DNA from: Pseudomonadota bacterium
Lineage (GTDB): Bacteria; Bdellovibrionota; Bdellovibrionia; Bdellovibrionales; Bdellovibrionaceae
Length of the DNA: 64,000 nucleotides
Assembly: GCA_041178425.1 (NCBI GenBank)
Contig: JBEGVH010000040.1
Coordinates: 96,001 to 160,000 of the forward strand
Direction: 5' to 3'
The notes under the pieces are model-generated. The model made no database searches, had not been told where the DNA came from, and saw only the letters and a list, made by a program, of their open reading frames with translations. Position 1 is the stretch's first letter; each line of letters starts with the position of its first letter. This document shows, piece by piece, positions 44,516-54,313 of this stretch. The translations under genes were made by a program, and so were the position numbers.

Positions 44516-47500
44516 TTAATTGGCTGGAACATCGGCGCGAGTCACCGTTTGAGGGGCCGGAGGGGGGCAAGCTTCGGAGACCATTTTCGCTATGCCTGTT
44601 GTTTTCCAATAGTCAGCCTTGAGTCTTCTCATGGTCTCAGTGGCTCCTTCACATTTTTTTTGTTGAAGAAAATCAACCGTTGCTAAAAACGGCTGCTCTT
44701 CAATTTGATTCCAGAAGTCTCCCATTTGTTTAAGATCATTCAATAGGCTGGCATCGGGCTTTTGCGAAAAGCGCGTTCTTAAGTCCTCATAACTAAGAAG
44801 TGGCTCTTGCGCTCTCTGCTGAGCCAGTTTGAGGTACCAAACGGATTGTTCGAGGGAATTTGTTTGCCAAGCAGCGACCGAAAGGTAGTACGGCCCCCAG
44901 GGTGCATCAGGAAACAAATCAGAAAGCCTTAGGGCGGCCACCTCCAGTTCTTTGTAAAGCCCCTTTGAAAGACAGGCATTGGCCTCGCGACCGAGGGCTG
45001 ATAGCGAATTTAACCGACTGATGTTTGAGAGGACACAACTCTTTTTGCCGACAGTGAGATCGAGGAGGGGACGGTAGGCAATGGCTTCTTCCCAGGATGG
45101 AACGTAGATTCTCAGCTCGCGGCCATTGAGATCGGAGCGAGACCCTTGAAGGTTGTTTTGTGAGACCAGGGTAGTTTTTGTTATCTGTTCAAGGTCTGCG
45201 AGCGCTTTCTCGATGTCTCGCGGACGGTTTTGTAAGGTTGGTAGAATTTGTGAAATTTCCTCCTTCAGTGCCATGAGGTCTTCGTTCTTAGTATCAAAGG
45301 AGTCTGCAGACGTTTGCAGTGCTTGAGTATAATCGGCGTACAGGTTTTTAAGATCGAGAAGAGCTTTTTTACGGATGTCGAGGTCGTCTGACTTGCCACC
45401 GAGTGTTTCCAGGAGCTGCGCGGCCTTGGCAAATTTTTCTGCTTTAAACGACATGACCATAGCCATACGACCGGAAGAGGCCTTCAGCCCTTGCTTGAAG
45501 TATTCACTCACAAGTACTTTGGACTGAAGATACCGAGCTTGTCGGCGGATATCAGAAGGAGTCGTATCTTTGTTGAGGTTCAGAGCGATTTGGTAGCAAT
45601 CAGACAACTTATTTTTTGAACAAAGCTCTTCTCCTCTTTTGAGTTCCGCTTTGCTAAAGTAGGGTTCTACCCCTTTTTCGATCAGGGTGTTCTCGAGCTT
45701 TTTTGCTTTTTCAGGAGAATACTGACCAAAGAATTTCAAGCGCTTTGTTAGGAGCACTTGTTTTTCGCTGGCGCTCATTTGTTGCTCAAGGGCCTGCCAT
45801 GCCTGGTCAGTTGATTCGACATCGCCAGACCAAGAGGAAAACTCTGCTAATAGCTCATTTAACTCGCGTTTTTTTTCGGGGGTTTGAACCAAAGATAAAG
45901 CGAGCGACATAGACACTCTTGCTCGATTCAGATCGCCGAGTTTTAAAAATAATTCATTGGCATGAAGACTGAATTTCTCTGCGTCTGTCGACTTCTTTAT
46001 TTGCGCCATTTCTTTGGCTAACACTTCGGATTGCTCAGCGGCACGACGAAACTGCTTTCTTTTTTCTAAAAGCTCTATAGCCAAGTGAAGGGCATCAAGA
46101 GCCTTGATTTCTGGGCGATGCTCTTTATAGAAAAGCTCCGATAAGGTAGCCGCCTCACCGAATTTATTTTTTTCGACCAACTGTTGAATAATCGATTGTT
46201 GTGCTTCTTGATAAATTCCTTTGATTTTTAAGGCTCTTTCGCCGGTTGATGACTTGAGAATAATTAGACTCGCGGATGCGAGCGATGGATAGTCTTTTTT
46301 CGCTCGGTGAATTTCGAGAATTAAATCGTCTCTTTTGTTGATGAGAACTGAGGTTTTTGGAATCATTTTCGATAATGTGATCAGAGACTGGGAGAAATCT
46401 CTCGCCTCATAGAAGAGATAGGCTTTTTTGAACATGACATCTTGGGTGAATTCTCCTGTTGGCATTCGCATCAAGTATTCATTGAGCGCCAAAGACAGTT
46501 TTTCACGAAGAACCTGATTCTTATTGTCTGTCGCTAGCTGACGGTCAAGACTGACAATATGCCCATAGAGGGCCGTATGAAGAATCGGGTTTTCGGCCTT
46601 CTCATTTTTTGAAAGCTCTTCGTATTGAAGGCCTGCGGCTTTAAATTCGCCTTGAGAAAAGAGAAATTCAGCATAAGCCAGGTGAAGGGGAATATTGGGT
46701 TCCTTTTGTTTCTCAAAATGGAGGTATTCACCAAAAATAAAATGAAGCTGTGAAATCATGTCTTTGCTTCGATTGAGTTTATTCCATGCCTGCCACCATT
46801 GGCTTGTGTACTCAGTGAGAAAATCTGGGTAGCTGGTTTTACAGAAGGCTTCTGAGTCCTTGCTTTTCGACTGCCATCGAGGGTCGTTACAGAGCTTTGA
46901 TGCGTCTTGAATAATACTGACAACGGTGGAGGTGTGCTGTTTGTCGTTGTGGTAGTGGGCTCTTTTAATCAATATGGGCCCGGCGCTTTCATCTTGAGGA
47001 TTGTCTTTGAGGAATTGAGCAAGAACAGAATCCATTTCGAGAAGTTTGCCGTGGCGTTCATAAATTGCAGACAAGTCAAGGACGGTTGGTCCAACTTCAT
47101 TTGGAAGAAGCTTCTTGTTAAAGTATGTGATCGCATTTTCGACTGTTCCAACTTCGCTGTAAAAGAGGGCGAGATCGCGCCGCGCCTCAGTACGAACGTG
47201 CGAGATGGTGGCAATTTTCTGAGATTGAAGAAGAAGTTTTTCTAATTTTTTTAAGCCATCGCTCGTCTCTTTTTGATTGTAGGAGCACCAAGCACTTTTG
47301 TAGAGCGCAAGGGGGGCAATGGGTGTGCGAGGCCATTTTTGTACGAGATCGAAATGGGTCATCGCTGTCGCATAATTTTGTTTCTGAAAATAGAGTTCTC
47401 CCAGTGCCATGTTCGTCTCTGGCAGCAGAACTGATTTTGGAAACTTCTCAGGAATCATCAGGAATTTTTGTAAAGCAAGGTCTCGTTCTCCTCTCTGATC

Positions 47501-47968
47501 ATGGGCAAACGCCCGATTGAAAAGCACTTCATCCATGGCTGCAAATTGGGGGTGCTGAGCTTCAATGATTTGATAGTTTTCTATCGCCTTACCAAGATAG
47601 TTTTTGGCACTGACCGAGGTTAAGTCACTCTGGAAGAGATCACGGAGTTTTTTTTCACTTCTGTAGAGGTCGATGAATCGCCCTGTTTTGGCTCGTCGGG
47701 TGTAGAGTTCGGCAAGGCGAAAAAGCAGGTCAGGTTGCTGGGAGCTCCCTTTGTATTTTTTTAGAAGGGCCTCTAATTGTTTGATGGCCATGTCTTCGCT
47801 TCGCGAGATTAGTGCTTCGGCTTCGGCCGCCGTTTTGACATTAGCCGCTTCAGTTTGTTTGTTTAGTTTGATCTCAGGAAGCACTCCCTTGGGGGTGTGT
47901 TCGGCGGCAAAAAGAGAGGTCGAGACTGATAATGAAAGTAACGACAACTGAAAGCGTTTCATAACCAC
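44516..47968 (-). CDS. Large periplasmic TPR protein, GltD/AgmU-like
   Basis: Signal peptide; DLLFRLAELY; many TPR repeats; immediately downstream of motA/exbD/exbD. Confidence 0.72.
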   Translation of the reverse strand: MVMKRFQLSLLSLSVSTSLFAAEHTPKGVLPEIKLNKQTEAANVKTAAEAEALISRSEDMAIKQLEALLKKYKGSSQQPDLLFRLAELYTRRAKTGRFIDLYRSEKKLRDLFQSDLTSVSAKNYLGKAIENYQIIEAQHPQFAAMDEVLFNRAFAHDQRGERDLALQKFLMIPEKFPKSVLLPETNMALGELYFQKQNYATAMTHFDLVQKWPRTPIAPLALYKSAWCSYNQKETSDGLKKLEKLLLQSQKIATISHVRTEARRDLALFYSEVGTVENAITYFNKKLLPNEVGPTVLDLSAIYERHGKLLEMDSVLAQFLKDNPQDESAGPILIKRAHYHNDKQHTSTVVSIIQDASKLCNDPRWQSKSKDSEAFCKTSYPDFLTEYTSQWWQAWNKLNRSKDMISQLHFIFGEYLHFEKQKEPNIPLHLAYAEFLFSQGEFKAAGLQYEELSKNEKAENPILHTALYGHIVSLDRQLATDNKNQVLREKLSLALNEYLMRMPTGEFTQDVMFKKAYLFYEARDFSQSLITLSKMIPKTSVLINKRDDLILEIHRAKKDYPSLASASLIILKSSTGERALKIKGIYQEAQQSIIQQLVEKNKFGEAATLSELFYKEHRPEIKALDALHLAIELLEKRKQFRRAAEQSEVLAKEMAQIKKSTDAEKFSLHANELFLKLGDLNRARVSMSLALSLVQTPEKKRELNELLAEFSSWSGDVESTDQAWQALEQQMSASEKQVLLTKRLKFFGQYSPEKAKKLENTLIEKGVEPYFSKAELKRGEELCSKNKLSDCYQIALNLNKDTTPSDIRRQARYLQSKVLVSEYFKQGLKASSGRMAMVMSFKAEKFAKAAQLLETLGGKSDDLDIRKKALLDLKNLYADYTQALQTSADSFDTKNEDLMALKEEISQILPTLQNRPRDIEKALADLEQITKTTLVSQNNLQGSRSDLNGRELRIYVPSWEEAIAYRPLLDLTVGKKSCVLSNISRLNSLSALGREANACLSKGLYKELEVAALRLSDLFPDAPWGPYYLSVAAWQTNSLEQSVWYLKLAQQRAQEPLLSYEDLRTRFSQKPDASLLNDLKQMGDFWNQIEEQPFLATVDFLQQKKCEGATETMRRLKADYWKTTGIAKMVSEACPPPAPQTVTRADVPAN

Positions 47969-47970
47969 CT

Positions 47971-48465
47971 CTAATTTCCTGAAATAGTTGCAAGGCGAAC
48001 TTTTAAAAAACCAGCCATGGAGGCCGTCGATAAAATTTGTCGGACATTGGGGTATGGCGCCTCTCGATCAACTTGGAGAATGATTTCCTCTTTATCTTTC
48101 TTAGACTTTTTTATTTCTTGAAGGGCCGCAAGAAGTGGCTTGATGATCTCACCTTGGTCGATGTCTTTTGAGGCGACCATAAAATTGTTAACTTTTAAGA
48201 GCTCCTTTTCATTAAGGCTCAAGAGATCCTTTGAAAGGCTTACCATGGGGGCTTCTTGAGGTTGTTGGTCCGAAACAGAAGTGGGCATTCGAACTCCCAT
48301 TTGAGGTTTTACATCGTAGGAGTTCGTCGAATAGGTTTGTAAGAGAAACACCAACATGATGGTAAACATGTCGGTCATAGAGTTTATATTTAACGAGAAT
48401 GTTGTATTGGGTTTCTTTTTAAATCGGATTCTTCTATCCACTTTATCCCTCCAGCGTGTTGGCAA
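47971..48465 (-). CDS. ExbD/TolR-family subunit (AglS-like)
   Basis: LNINSMTDMFTIMLVFLL TM with Asp; ILQVDREAPY...AGF. Confidence 0.85.
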   Translation of the reverse strand: MPTRWRDKVDRRIRFKKKPNTTFSLNINSMTDMFTIMLVFLLQTYSTNSYDVKPQMGVRMPTSVSDQQPQEAPMVSLSKDLLSLNEKELLKVNNFMVASKDIDQGEIIKPLLAALQEIKKSKKDKEEIILQVDREAPYPNVRQILSTASMAGFLKVRLATISGN

Positions 48466-48988
48466 AGACTACATCAGGATACATATACTCAGTTTCTTCC
48501 AACGTGCCGGATTGAGGATTTGTAAACTTAAATTTTTCGTTCTTGGTTGGGCTCTTTCGAGCGGCATCAATTATTTTAACAATTGTATCGTAGGGAACAT
48601 TCCCCTGAGGCAATAGATCGAGTCGAAAGAGCTGAGGAGCTTGTCTCTTGAATCTCGCCAGTGACTCTTGAACTGTTTTGAATTCGTCCTCCTTTTGGGG
48701 ATACGCCATTTTTAATTCACTGAGTGTTTTTCCCCCCGAAGACAACTTCATTTGAATACCCCTCGAAGGGTGTATTTGAAGCTCCAATTGTGGCATTTCA
48801 TTGGGTTTAGCCTCGCTGACAGCAGCCGCCACCGGGGCGGGGAGTTCGCTTTGAATGACAACGATAGGAACAAAAGCGGATGAAACAATTAACACAGGAA
48901 CCAGCTTGACCATCACCGCCAAGAGCGGCGCGAGGTCTAGCTCGAATTCATGCGATAGCCCATCGACGGGTAGTGATCTGCGTCTCAT
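48443..48988 (-). CDS. ExbD/TolR-family subunit (AglQ-like), TM Asp absent
   Basis: ELDLAPLLAVMVKLVPVL; P..NVPYDTIVKIIDAAR. Confidence 0.78.
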   Translation of the reverse strand: MRRRSLPVDGLSHEFELDLAPLLAVMVKLVPVLIVSSAFVPIVVIQSELPAPVAAAVSEAKPNEMPQLELQIHPSRGIQMKLSSGGKTLSELKMAYPQKEDEFKTVQESLARFKRQAPQLFRLDLLPQGNVPYDTIVKIIDAARKSPTKNEKFKFTNPQSGTLEETEYMYPDVVFANTLEG

Positions 48989-49002
48989 GATAACCCCCTT
49001 TG

Positions 49003-49716
49003 TTACGAGGCTCGGTAGGCGCCGGCGCCATTTAATTTTGGTGCTTCTGGACCAAGGTCATCTGTGCCCGCGGAGTTAACCGAGAGGAGAGGCCCTGCGC
49101 CCGTCAAGGTTTCTTCTAGTTTTTGCACTTGCTCATAAAGTTCCTCTCCTAGCTGGTTTTGTCGAGACACTAAAAATGAGTACACGATCATCACCGGTAT
49201 TGCGACAGCGAGACCAAGAGCGGTGGTGTACATCGAAACTGAAATACCATGGGCGAGCAAAGCCTGCTTTTGAGAGGGATCCGCTGTTGCCACCGCTTGG
49301 AAAGAAAGAATTAGACCATGAATGGTTCCGAGTAACCCAAGAAGTGTTGCGACGTTGGCTAACATCGACAGGTAGTGAATTCGCTTACTAAACTGTGGCA
49401 TATTTTCTGAAAGCGCAATATCAGTGGCTTGGTGAATCGCTTCTTCTTCACGATCAGCCTTGAGGAGAATCGTTTTAAAGGCCTTGGCGAGAGGTTTTTT
49501 TGCGAGACCCTCGCAAAGAAGAAGAGCCTCTTCGTATCTCTGTTGTCCAACGAAGTGTTGGATCCGTTTATTGAACTGATCGGTGTTCAAATGAAAATCA
49601 AAGAAAAGCGTCTTAATGCGCTCAGCAATGATGGCGATTGCAAAGAGGCCGGTGGCTATGATAGTCCAGCCAACGACTCCTGCATCGACGATGAAATTAA
49701 CGATTTGTTGTAACAT
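49003..49716 (-). CDS. MotA/TolQ/ExbB proton channel (AglR-like)
   Basis: ANVATLLGLLGTIHGLI, GISVSMYTTALGL.VAIP. Confidence 0.92.
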   Translation of the reverse strand: MLQQIVNFIVDAGVVGWTIIATGLFAIAIIAERIKTLFFDFHLNTDQFNKRIQHFVGQQRYEEALLLCEGLAKKPLAKAFKTILLKADREEEAIHQATDIALSENMPQFSKRIHYLSMLANVATLLGLLGTIHGLILSFQAVATADPSQKQALLAHGISVSMYTTALGLAVAIPVMIVYSFLVSRQNQLGEELYEQVQKLEETLTGAGPLLSVNSAGTDDLGPEAPKLNGAGAYRAS

Positions 49717-50296
49717 GGCTTACTCCTTTTGAGGTGTTAATGTTTTCATTAACATTGTTTCGTACCCAGTCTGCGAGCTGAATGTCAGCGCCTTCGTCTT
49801 TTTCCTCAAAACGTACAACATATTGAATGGCTGTATTAAATCGCATTCTTTCGTTTATAAATCGTTTTCCAGTGACCACTGCAAGGCAGCTAAAAGAGCT
49901 GTGGCTACCCTCTGATGTTTGAAAGTGCAGATGGATTTTATCACCTGGTTTAAGAGAGGGACTTGTGATCTCGATAAGGGCTCCACCCTGGCTTAAAGAG
50001 ATCGAACGCCCTTGCCAGAGTAGTTCCTCATTATGAGCCACCAGGTTTACTTCTTTTCGAGTTCTCTCCCATTGGCGACGATTAAAAAGGGCACACGTCT
50101 CTTGCCTTTTTGTTTGTTCCGCCATCGCTAAGGGTGAAAATTCATCGGTGGTTACCAAAGTTTTCCACTGCCGCAATCCGTTCTTCCACACCAGATCACC
50201 TTCAAAGCATTTGCCATTCTGTCGCAACTGGATAATTTCTCCAGTTGTGTAAGGACCATATTTTTTTTGATTTCGCGAAATGAACCATTCCTTCAT
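49697..50296 (-). CDS. GYF_2 (DUF4339)-PilZ protein
   Basis: WF......YGPY...VWKNGLRQW GYF_2 pattern; RQWER (RxxxR) and SLSQGG. Confidence 0.82.
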   Translation of the reverse strand: MKEWFISRNQKKYGPYTTGEIIQLRQNGKCFEGDLVWKNGLRQWKTLVTTDEFSPLAMAEQTKRQETCALFNRRQWERTRKEVNLVAHNEELLWQGRSISLSQGGALIEITSPSLKPGDKIHLHFQTSEGSHSSFSCLAVVTGKRFINERMRFNTAIQYVVRFEEKDEGADIQLADWVRNNVNENINTSKGVSHVTTNR

Positions 50297-50306
50297 TTTG
50301 TGCTCC

Positions 50307-51365
50307 TTAAATCTTTACGCCGATAGGATCAAAGTCGATCACGATATTGGCACCCGCTGCAGGAATATAATTTCCATGAAACAAAATACTGTTATCACTA
50401 GGGCGGTAGGTCCAACCGTTAGCTTCATCGTTGGGAACGACCTTGCTGTCGACGCTCACTCTGATTGTTTCAACGATCGGTTTACGAGTGAGAGCGAAGA
50501 CGGTTGAATAGGACGCGATCGAATCGGAAATCATTGATAGGGTGTCGCTGAAGGGGGCGCAGAGGCTTCCTATTTTTCCGCCGGTCTTGTTGGCGAGTTC
50601 CATGTACCGAACTCCAGGGTAACGCACAAATCCGTCTTGGTTCAGTTGGTTCTGGCAGGCGAGATCGGTGACTGTGATCGTAGACACTGAATAGTTGGCG
50701 GGTGTATCTGCGGTTGGGCGCTGAGTGTATTCATCGAGAAATTCAACATATTTTTGTACCGGTTCCAACTCAGGGTCATTGTAGTTGTTGTTGTTAAAGG
50801 TTCGACTGCTATGGCTAAAATCATCTTCGTCACTCACAACGATGATAGCAAGAAAGGCATCGGGCCTTCTAAAGCCAGCATTGGCTGGATCGAGGAGGGT
50901 GGCTTTGAAGGATTGAAAAGCTCGCTCATCGCCTGTTCCTCGTGTGCCTAGTTTCGCGTTAATGGTGAACGTATTAACTAGGTTCGGTGTGTTCTTGTCG
51001 AGAACGAAAGAACCCGAGTGTTCATTAGTGTCGACACCATCGCGAAGCCTCGAAAAGTCCAAGGTGTCGTCGAAAAGATTTTTCCAGGCATCGGTAGCAC
51101 CCACGCCGATGTGAAAATCAAAATTGTTTTTTTGAAAACTTTGAATGAAAGATTGAAAGTTGTTGGCAAGATTTATTTGTGAGGTTTCCATAGAACCGGA
51201 GTTATCGATAATCCACAGAACGTCAATTTTGCGGGGCTCGTAAACAACGTTTTGTGCGTAGATGTTGGAGTCAGCAAGAATTGAAAAATAATGGGCTCTC
51301 TTAGGCTCACAACCAGCCAGTGCGATGGCGCCGATCACCAATGACTTGAGAATTGTTTTTTTCAT
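50307..51365 (-). CDS. vWA/MIDAS-domain lipoprotein
   Basis: ATG 51365 (SD AAGGAGGTG); lipobox LAGC; IDVLWIIDNSGSM (DxSxS); IIVVSDEDD. Confidence 0.82.
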   Translation of the reverse strand: MKKTILKSLVIGAIALAGCEPKRAHYFSILADSNIYAQNVVYEPRKIDVLWIIDNSGSMETSQINLANNFQSFIQSFQKNNFDFHIGVGATDAWKNLFDDTLDFSRLRDGVDTNEHSGSFVLDKNTPNLVNTFTINAKLGTRGTGDERAFQSFKATLLDPANAGFRRPDAFLAIIVVSDEDDFSHSSRTFNNNNYNDPELEPVQKYVEFLDEYTQRPTADTPANYSVSTITVTDLACQNQLNQDGFVRYPGVRYMELANKTGGKIGSLCAPFSDTLSMISDSIASYSTVFALTRKPIVETIRVSVDSKVVPNDEANGWTYRPSDNSILFHGNYIPAAGANIVIDFDPIGVKI

Positions 51366-51416
51366 CCGAACACCTCCTTCTAACAAAATTCATTTTTATT
51401 AGTCCAGCACCTGCTC

Positions 51417-51446
51417 AGTGTAGGATGGGTTGCTTGGAGTTCTCAA
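51417..51446 (-). promoter_or_regulatory. sigma70-like promoter of the motor operon
   Basis: Minus strand TTGAGA-18 bp-TACACT. Confidence 0.5.
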
Positions 51447-51699
51447 ATTGGTGATTAAGTCTATGGATCAACTCAGAAAAAAGTCTAGGTGTCTCAAGTT
51501 GACTACATGTAAGTTATCGAAAACAGGGAATAATCAAATTTTGTTTAAAAAATAAAAAAAAATGTTTGAAAACAAATTTTACAAAAAACACAAATTGTGA
51601 AACGAGTCAGTCTATACGCCGTCAGGAATTTAAAAAAAGTGTTGAAGCCTTGGCCGCTTTTCTTAAAATTTATTTTTTGTTCGTAAAAGCAAGGTTTGT

Positions 51700-52173
51700 T
51701 TAAAAGAAAAACCGAGCGCCGATCCCAGTATCGATCGAGACTGTCGTGCTTGGGATAAGTTCTAGTTGGGTTCCTAGTTCACCGTAAAGTTCAATGGATT
51801 GTCGTTGCCAGTGATGACTGAGCCCCACGGGTATGCGAACACCGAGAGAAGTTTCGGATTTATTTGTTTTGGCCCTGGTTTGGCTCTCGATACTGGCGCC
51901 AAGGCCATAGTAAAAATCAACAGGCGATAATTTTATTTTTAGGTCCGACGGCTGGTGAACTAAGTAACTACCGTAGATAGCGACTTCTTTGTTGTCATCG
52001 AGATCCCAAGAGAGGATCCCGTCGATTGCGTTGATTCCGTTAAGCCAGTACTTGAGAGAGATTCCGCTAGGACTGCCGATTCGAACTCCAACTCCGAAAG
52101 GTTTTGCAAAGGCTTTAAGGAGATGGGGCTGGAAAAGAAAAAGCAGGAGGAATGCAGTAATCGATTTTTTCAT
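51700..52173 (-). CDS. Small outer membrane beta-barrel (DUF3996-like)
   Basis: FGVGVRIGSPSGISLKYW, GVRIPVG, terminal GARFFF. Confidence 0.75.
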   Translation of the reverse strand: MKKSITAFLLLFLFQPHLLKAFAKPFGVGVRIGSPSGISLKYWLNGINAIDGILSWDLDDNKEVAIYGSYLVHQPSDLKIKLSPVDFYYGLGASIESQTRAKTNKSETSLGVRIPVGLSHHWQRQSIELYGELGTQLELIPSTTVSIDTGIGARFFF

Positions 52174-52399
52174 TTTGAGATACTTCCGCGGTTATTGCAA
52201 AGAAATCGTTTTGTCGGAGTTTGGCGAAGTTCTCAAAACGATGCAAATAAAAAATAATTTATCTGATTGTGTTGGGTTGAATTTAAATTTCGCTCTAATT
52301 TTTGAGGGGTTAAAGAGGATGTCTCAGACACGAACAGTTGCAGGTGGTTCTCTTAGTTAGGTTTTGAGGTAAGATATTTGAAACGGAGGAAGTGGGCTG

Positions 52400-54313
52400 A
52401 TGTGCGTCTTTAGAACCCCATCGATCAGTAGTATTGTGATGCCCAAGGCCCTTGGAGCCCTCCTAGTGATGTTCATTTCTAATCTTGGTGTTGCTCAGGA
52501 ATTTGTTCCCGGAGAGCTCATCATAAAAACTAAATCAAAAATGCTCCCTCGAACCAGTCCCGCTTTTTTTGGTAAGCTTTCGGCCAAGGGAATGAGTCTA
52601 AAGGGGTCCTTCGGCCGCTCCCAGGTGCACCATTTAAAACTTCAGGCGTCGCAAGATTTAAAAAAGACAATTGAAGAACTCAGTCGCGACCCCGATATAG
52701 AGTACGTTGAACCCAATTACATTATTAGAAAGTCGGGTAAACCACCGGGGATTGAAAAGGTTTTTTCAGCCCCTGAAGAAATGGTTTCTGCTCTAGCCAC
52801 TGTGGGTGGAACTGGCTATCAGCAATCTTTTGCACCGGTCGCTGTTAATGAGGCGTGGCTTGAAATCACACCCGTCACAGCGACAAAGCCAGTGGTGGCA
52901 ATCTTAGATACAGGAATCGACGATACCCACTATGTTTTTACCCAATCGGGAGGGCTTTGGACGAATTCTGATGAAATTGCCGGTAACGGGGTTGACGACG
53001 ACAACAATGGTTATATCGATGATATCAACGGTTGGAATTTTTATGCGGGAAGAAGTCGGCCTTGGGACGACGATGGCCATGGAACTCACGTCTCGGGGAT
53101 TGTTCTTGGTTTGTCTTTGGATATTTTTAAAAACCCTTTGCTTGAGGCTAAGATTCAGGTGATGGCGCTTAAATTTTTAGGGGCTGATGGAAGTGGTGAC
53201 ACGGCCAGTGCCGTTCGTGCTGTCGATTATGCCGTGGCTAATGGAGCGAAAGTGATTAATGCTTCTTGGGGTGGAAGTAGCTATAGTAGAGCACTTCATG
53301 AGGCTATGTCGAGAGCCTATTCCAGCGGAATCTTGATTGTGACTGCCGCGGGGAACTCGGGCAGCAATAATGATCAAATGCCCATCTACCCGGCGAGTTT
53401 TGAAATTCCGGGTTTGATTGCTGTTGCGGCCTCCAACAGCCAGGATAGCCTCACGTCTTTCTCTAACTTTGGCGCCAATTCCGTTCATGTGGCCGCCCCC
53501 GGATTATCGATTGGTAGTACGTATCCACGAAATACTTTTGGATACGCCAGTGGAACCTCAATGGCGTCTCCGTTTGTGGCGGGGATGGCGGCGATGATGC
53601 TCCGAGAGTCGAATCAGTTGTCGGGGTTTCAGTTAAAAGATTTAATTCTTCAATCCATCGATACTTCGATTAAGTTTTCAGGTAAACTCTATGCTCCCGG
53701 ACGCGTAAACGTGCTCAAGGGTATTCGCTCTGCAAAAAATTTAGCGAATGCCTCCACTGTTGTTCCCTCGTATAGTGCCACGGTACCGGACCGGGTCCTT
53801 GCATCGGAAAACGGCGGTTCGTCGGGCGGGGGCTCCGCCGGAGGGGGCTGTGGAACCATCAGTGTCATCAAGGCCTTTGGTGATAAGGGATCATCTACAC
53901 CGAGTGGAGGGGCGGCCGCTCCTGTGATTGTTCTGTTGTTTTTGCCGGTTATCGTCTGGTTGTTGATAAGGAGTGGAGTTCGTGAAGCTAAAGCAGTTGT
54001 TTCTGGAGAAGACTTACGCCTTACAGAGCGAGTTGATGTTTCGGAGACAATTACGATAAAAACCAAAAATGGAAACTTCGAAGTGCAGTTGAAGAATATC
54101 TCTGGTGGTGGTTTAGGTTTTCATTTTCAGGATCTTGAGTTGGATAAGGATGAGTGCGTGACCTTTATTTTGAGAAGCAAAAATGGCGGCGAGAGCGTTG
54201 AAGTCTCAGGCCGTATAGCCTGGACGGATGCAAAATCTCATGCCGGAGTGCAATTTAATGCACTCAACGATTACATTCACAGTTTTTTGTTAAGATCGTA
54301 TGCGCGCATTTAA
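52400..54313 (+). CDS. S8 subtilase with C-terminal TM anchor and PilZ domain
   Basis: ILDTG, HGTHV, AAGN, GTSMA; prodomain YVEPNY; GGGCG plus TM; RLTER and NISGGG. Confidence 0.92.
   Translation: MCVFRTPSISSIVMPKALGALLVMFISNLGVAQEFVPGELIIKTKSKMLPRTSPAFFGKLSAKGMSLKGSFGRSQVHHLKLQASQDLKKTIEELSRDPDIEYVEPNYIIRKSGKPPGIEKVFSAPEEMVSALATVGGTGYQQSFAPVAVNEAWLEITPVTATKPVVAILDTGIDDTHYVFTQSGGLWTNSDEIAGNGVDDDNNGYIDDINGWNFYAGRSRPWDDDGHGTHVSGIVLGLSLDIFKNPLLEAKIQVMALKFLGADGSGDTASAVRAVDYAVANGAKVINASWGGSSYSRALHEAMSRAYSSGILIVTAAGNSGSNNDQMPIYPASFEIPGLIAVAASNSQDSLTSFSNFGANSVHVAAPGLSIGSTYPRNTFGYASGTSMASPFVAGMAAMMLRESNQLSGFQLKDLILQSIDTSIKFSGKLYAPGRVNVLKGIRSAKNLANASTVVPSYSATVPDRVLASENGGSSGGGSAGGGCGTISVIKAFGDKGSSTPSGGAAAPVIVLLFLPVIVWLLIRSGVREAKAVVSGEDLRLTERVDVSETITIKTKNGNFEVQLKNISGGGLGFHFQDLELDKDECVTFILRSKNGGESVEVSGRIAWTDAKSHAGVQFNALNDYIHSFLLRSYARI

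Noticed and set aside
47971..49716. Tol-Pal or TonB-ExbBD locus
   Set aside because: No tolA/tolB/pal or tonB nearby; two ExbD-like genes plus a large TPR gene fit the Agl/Glt type better.
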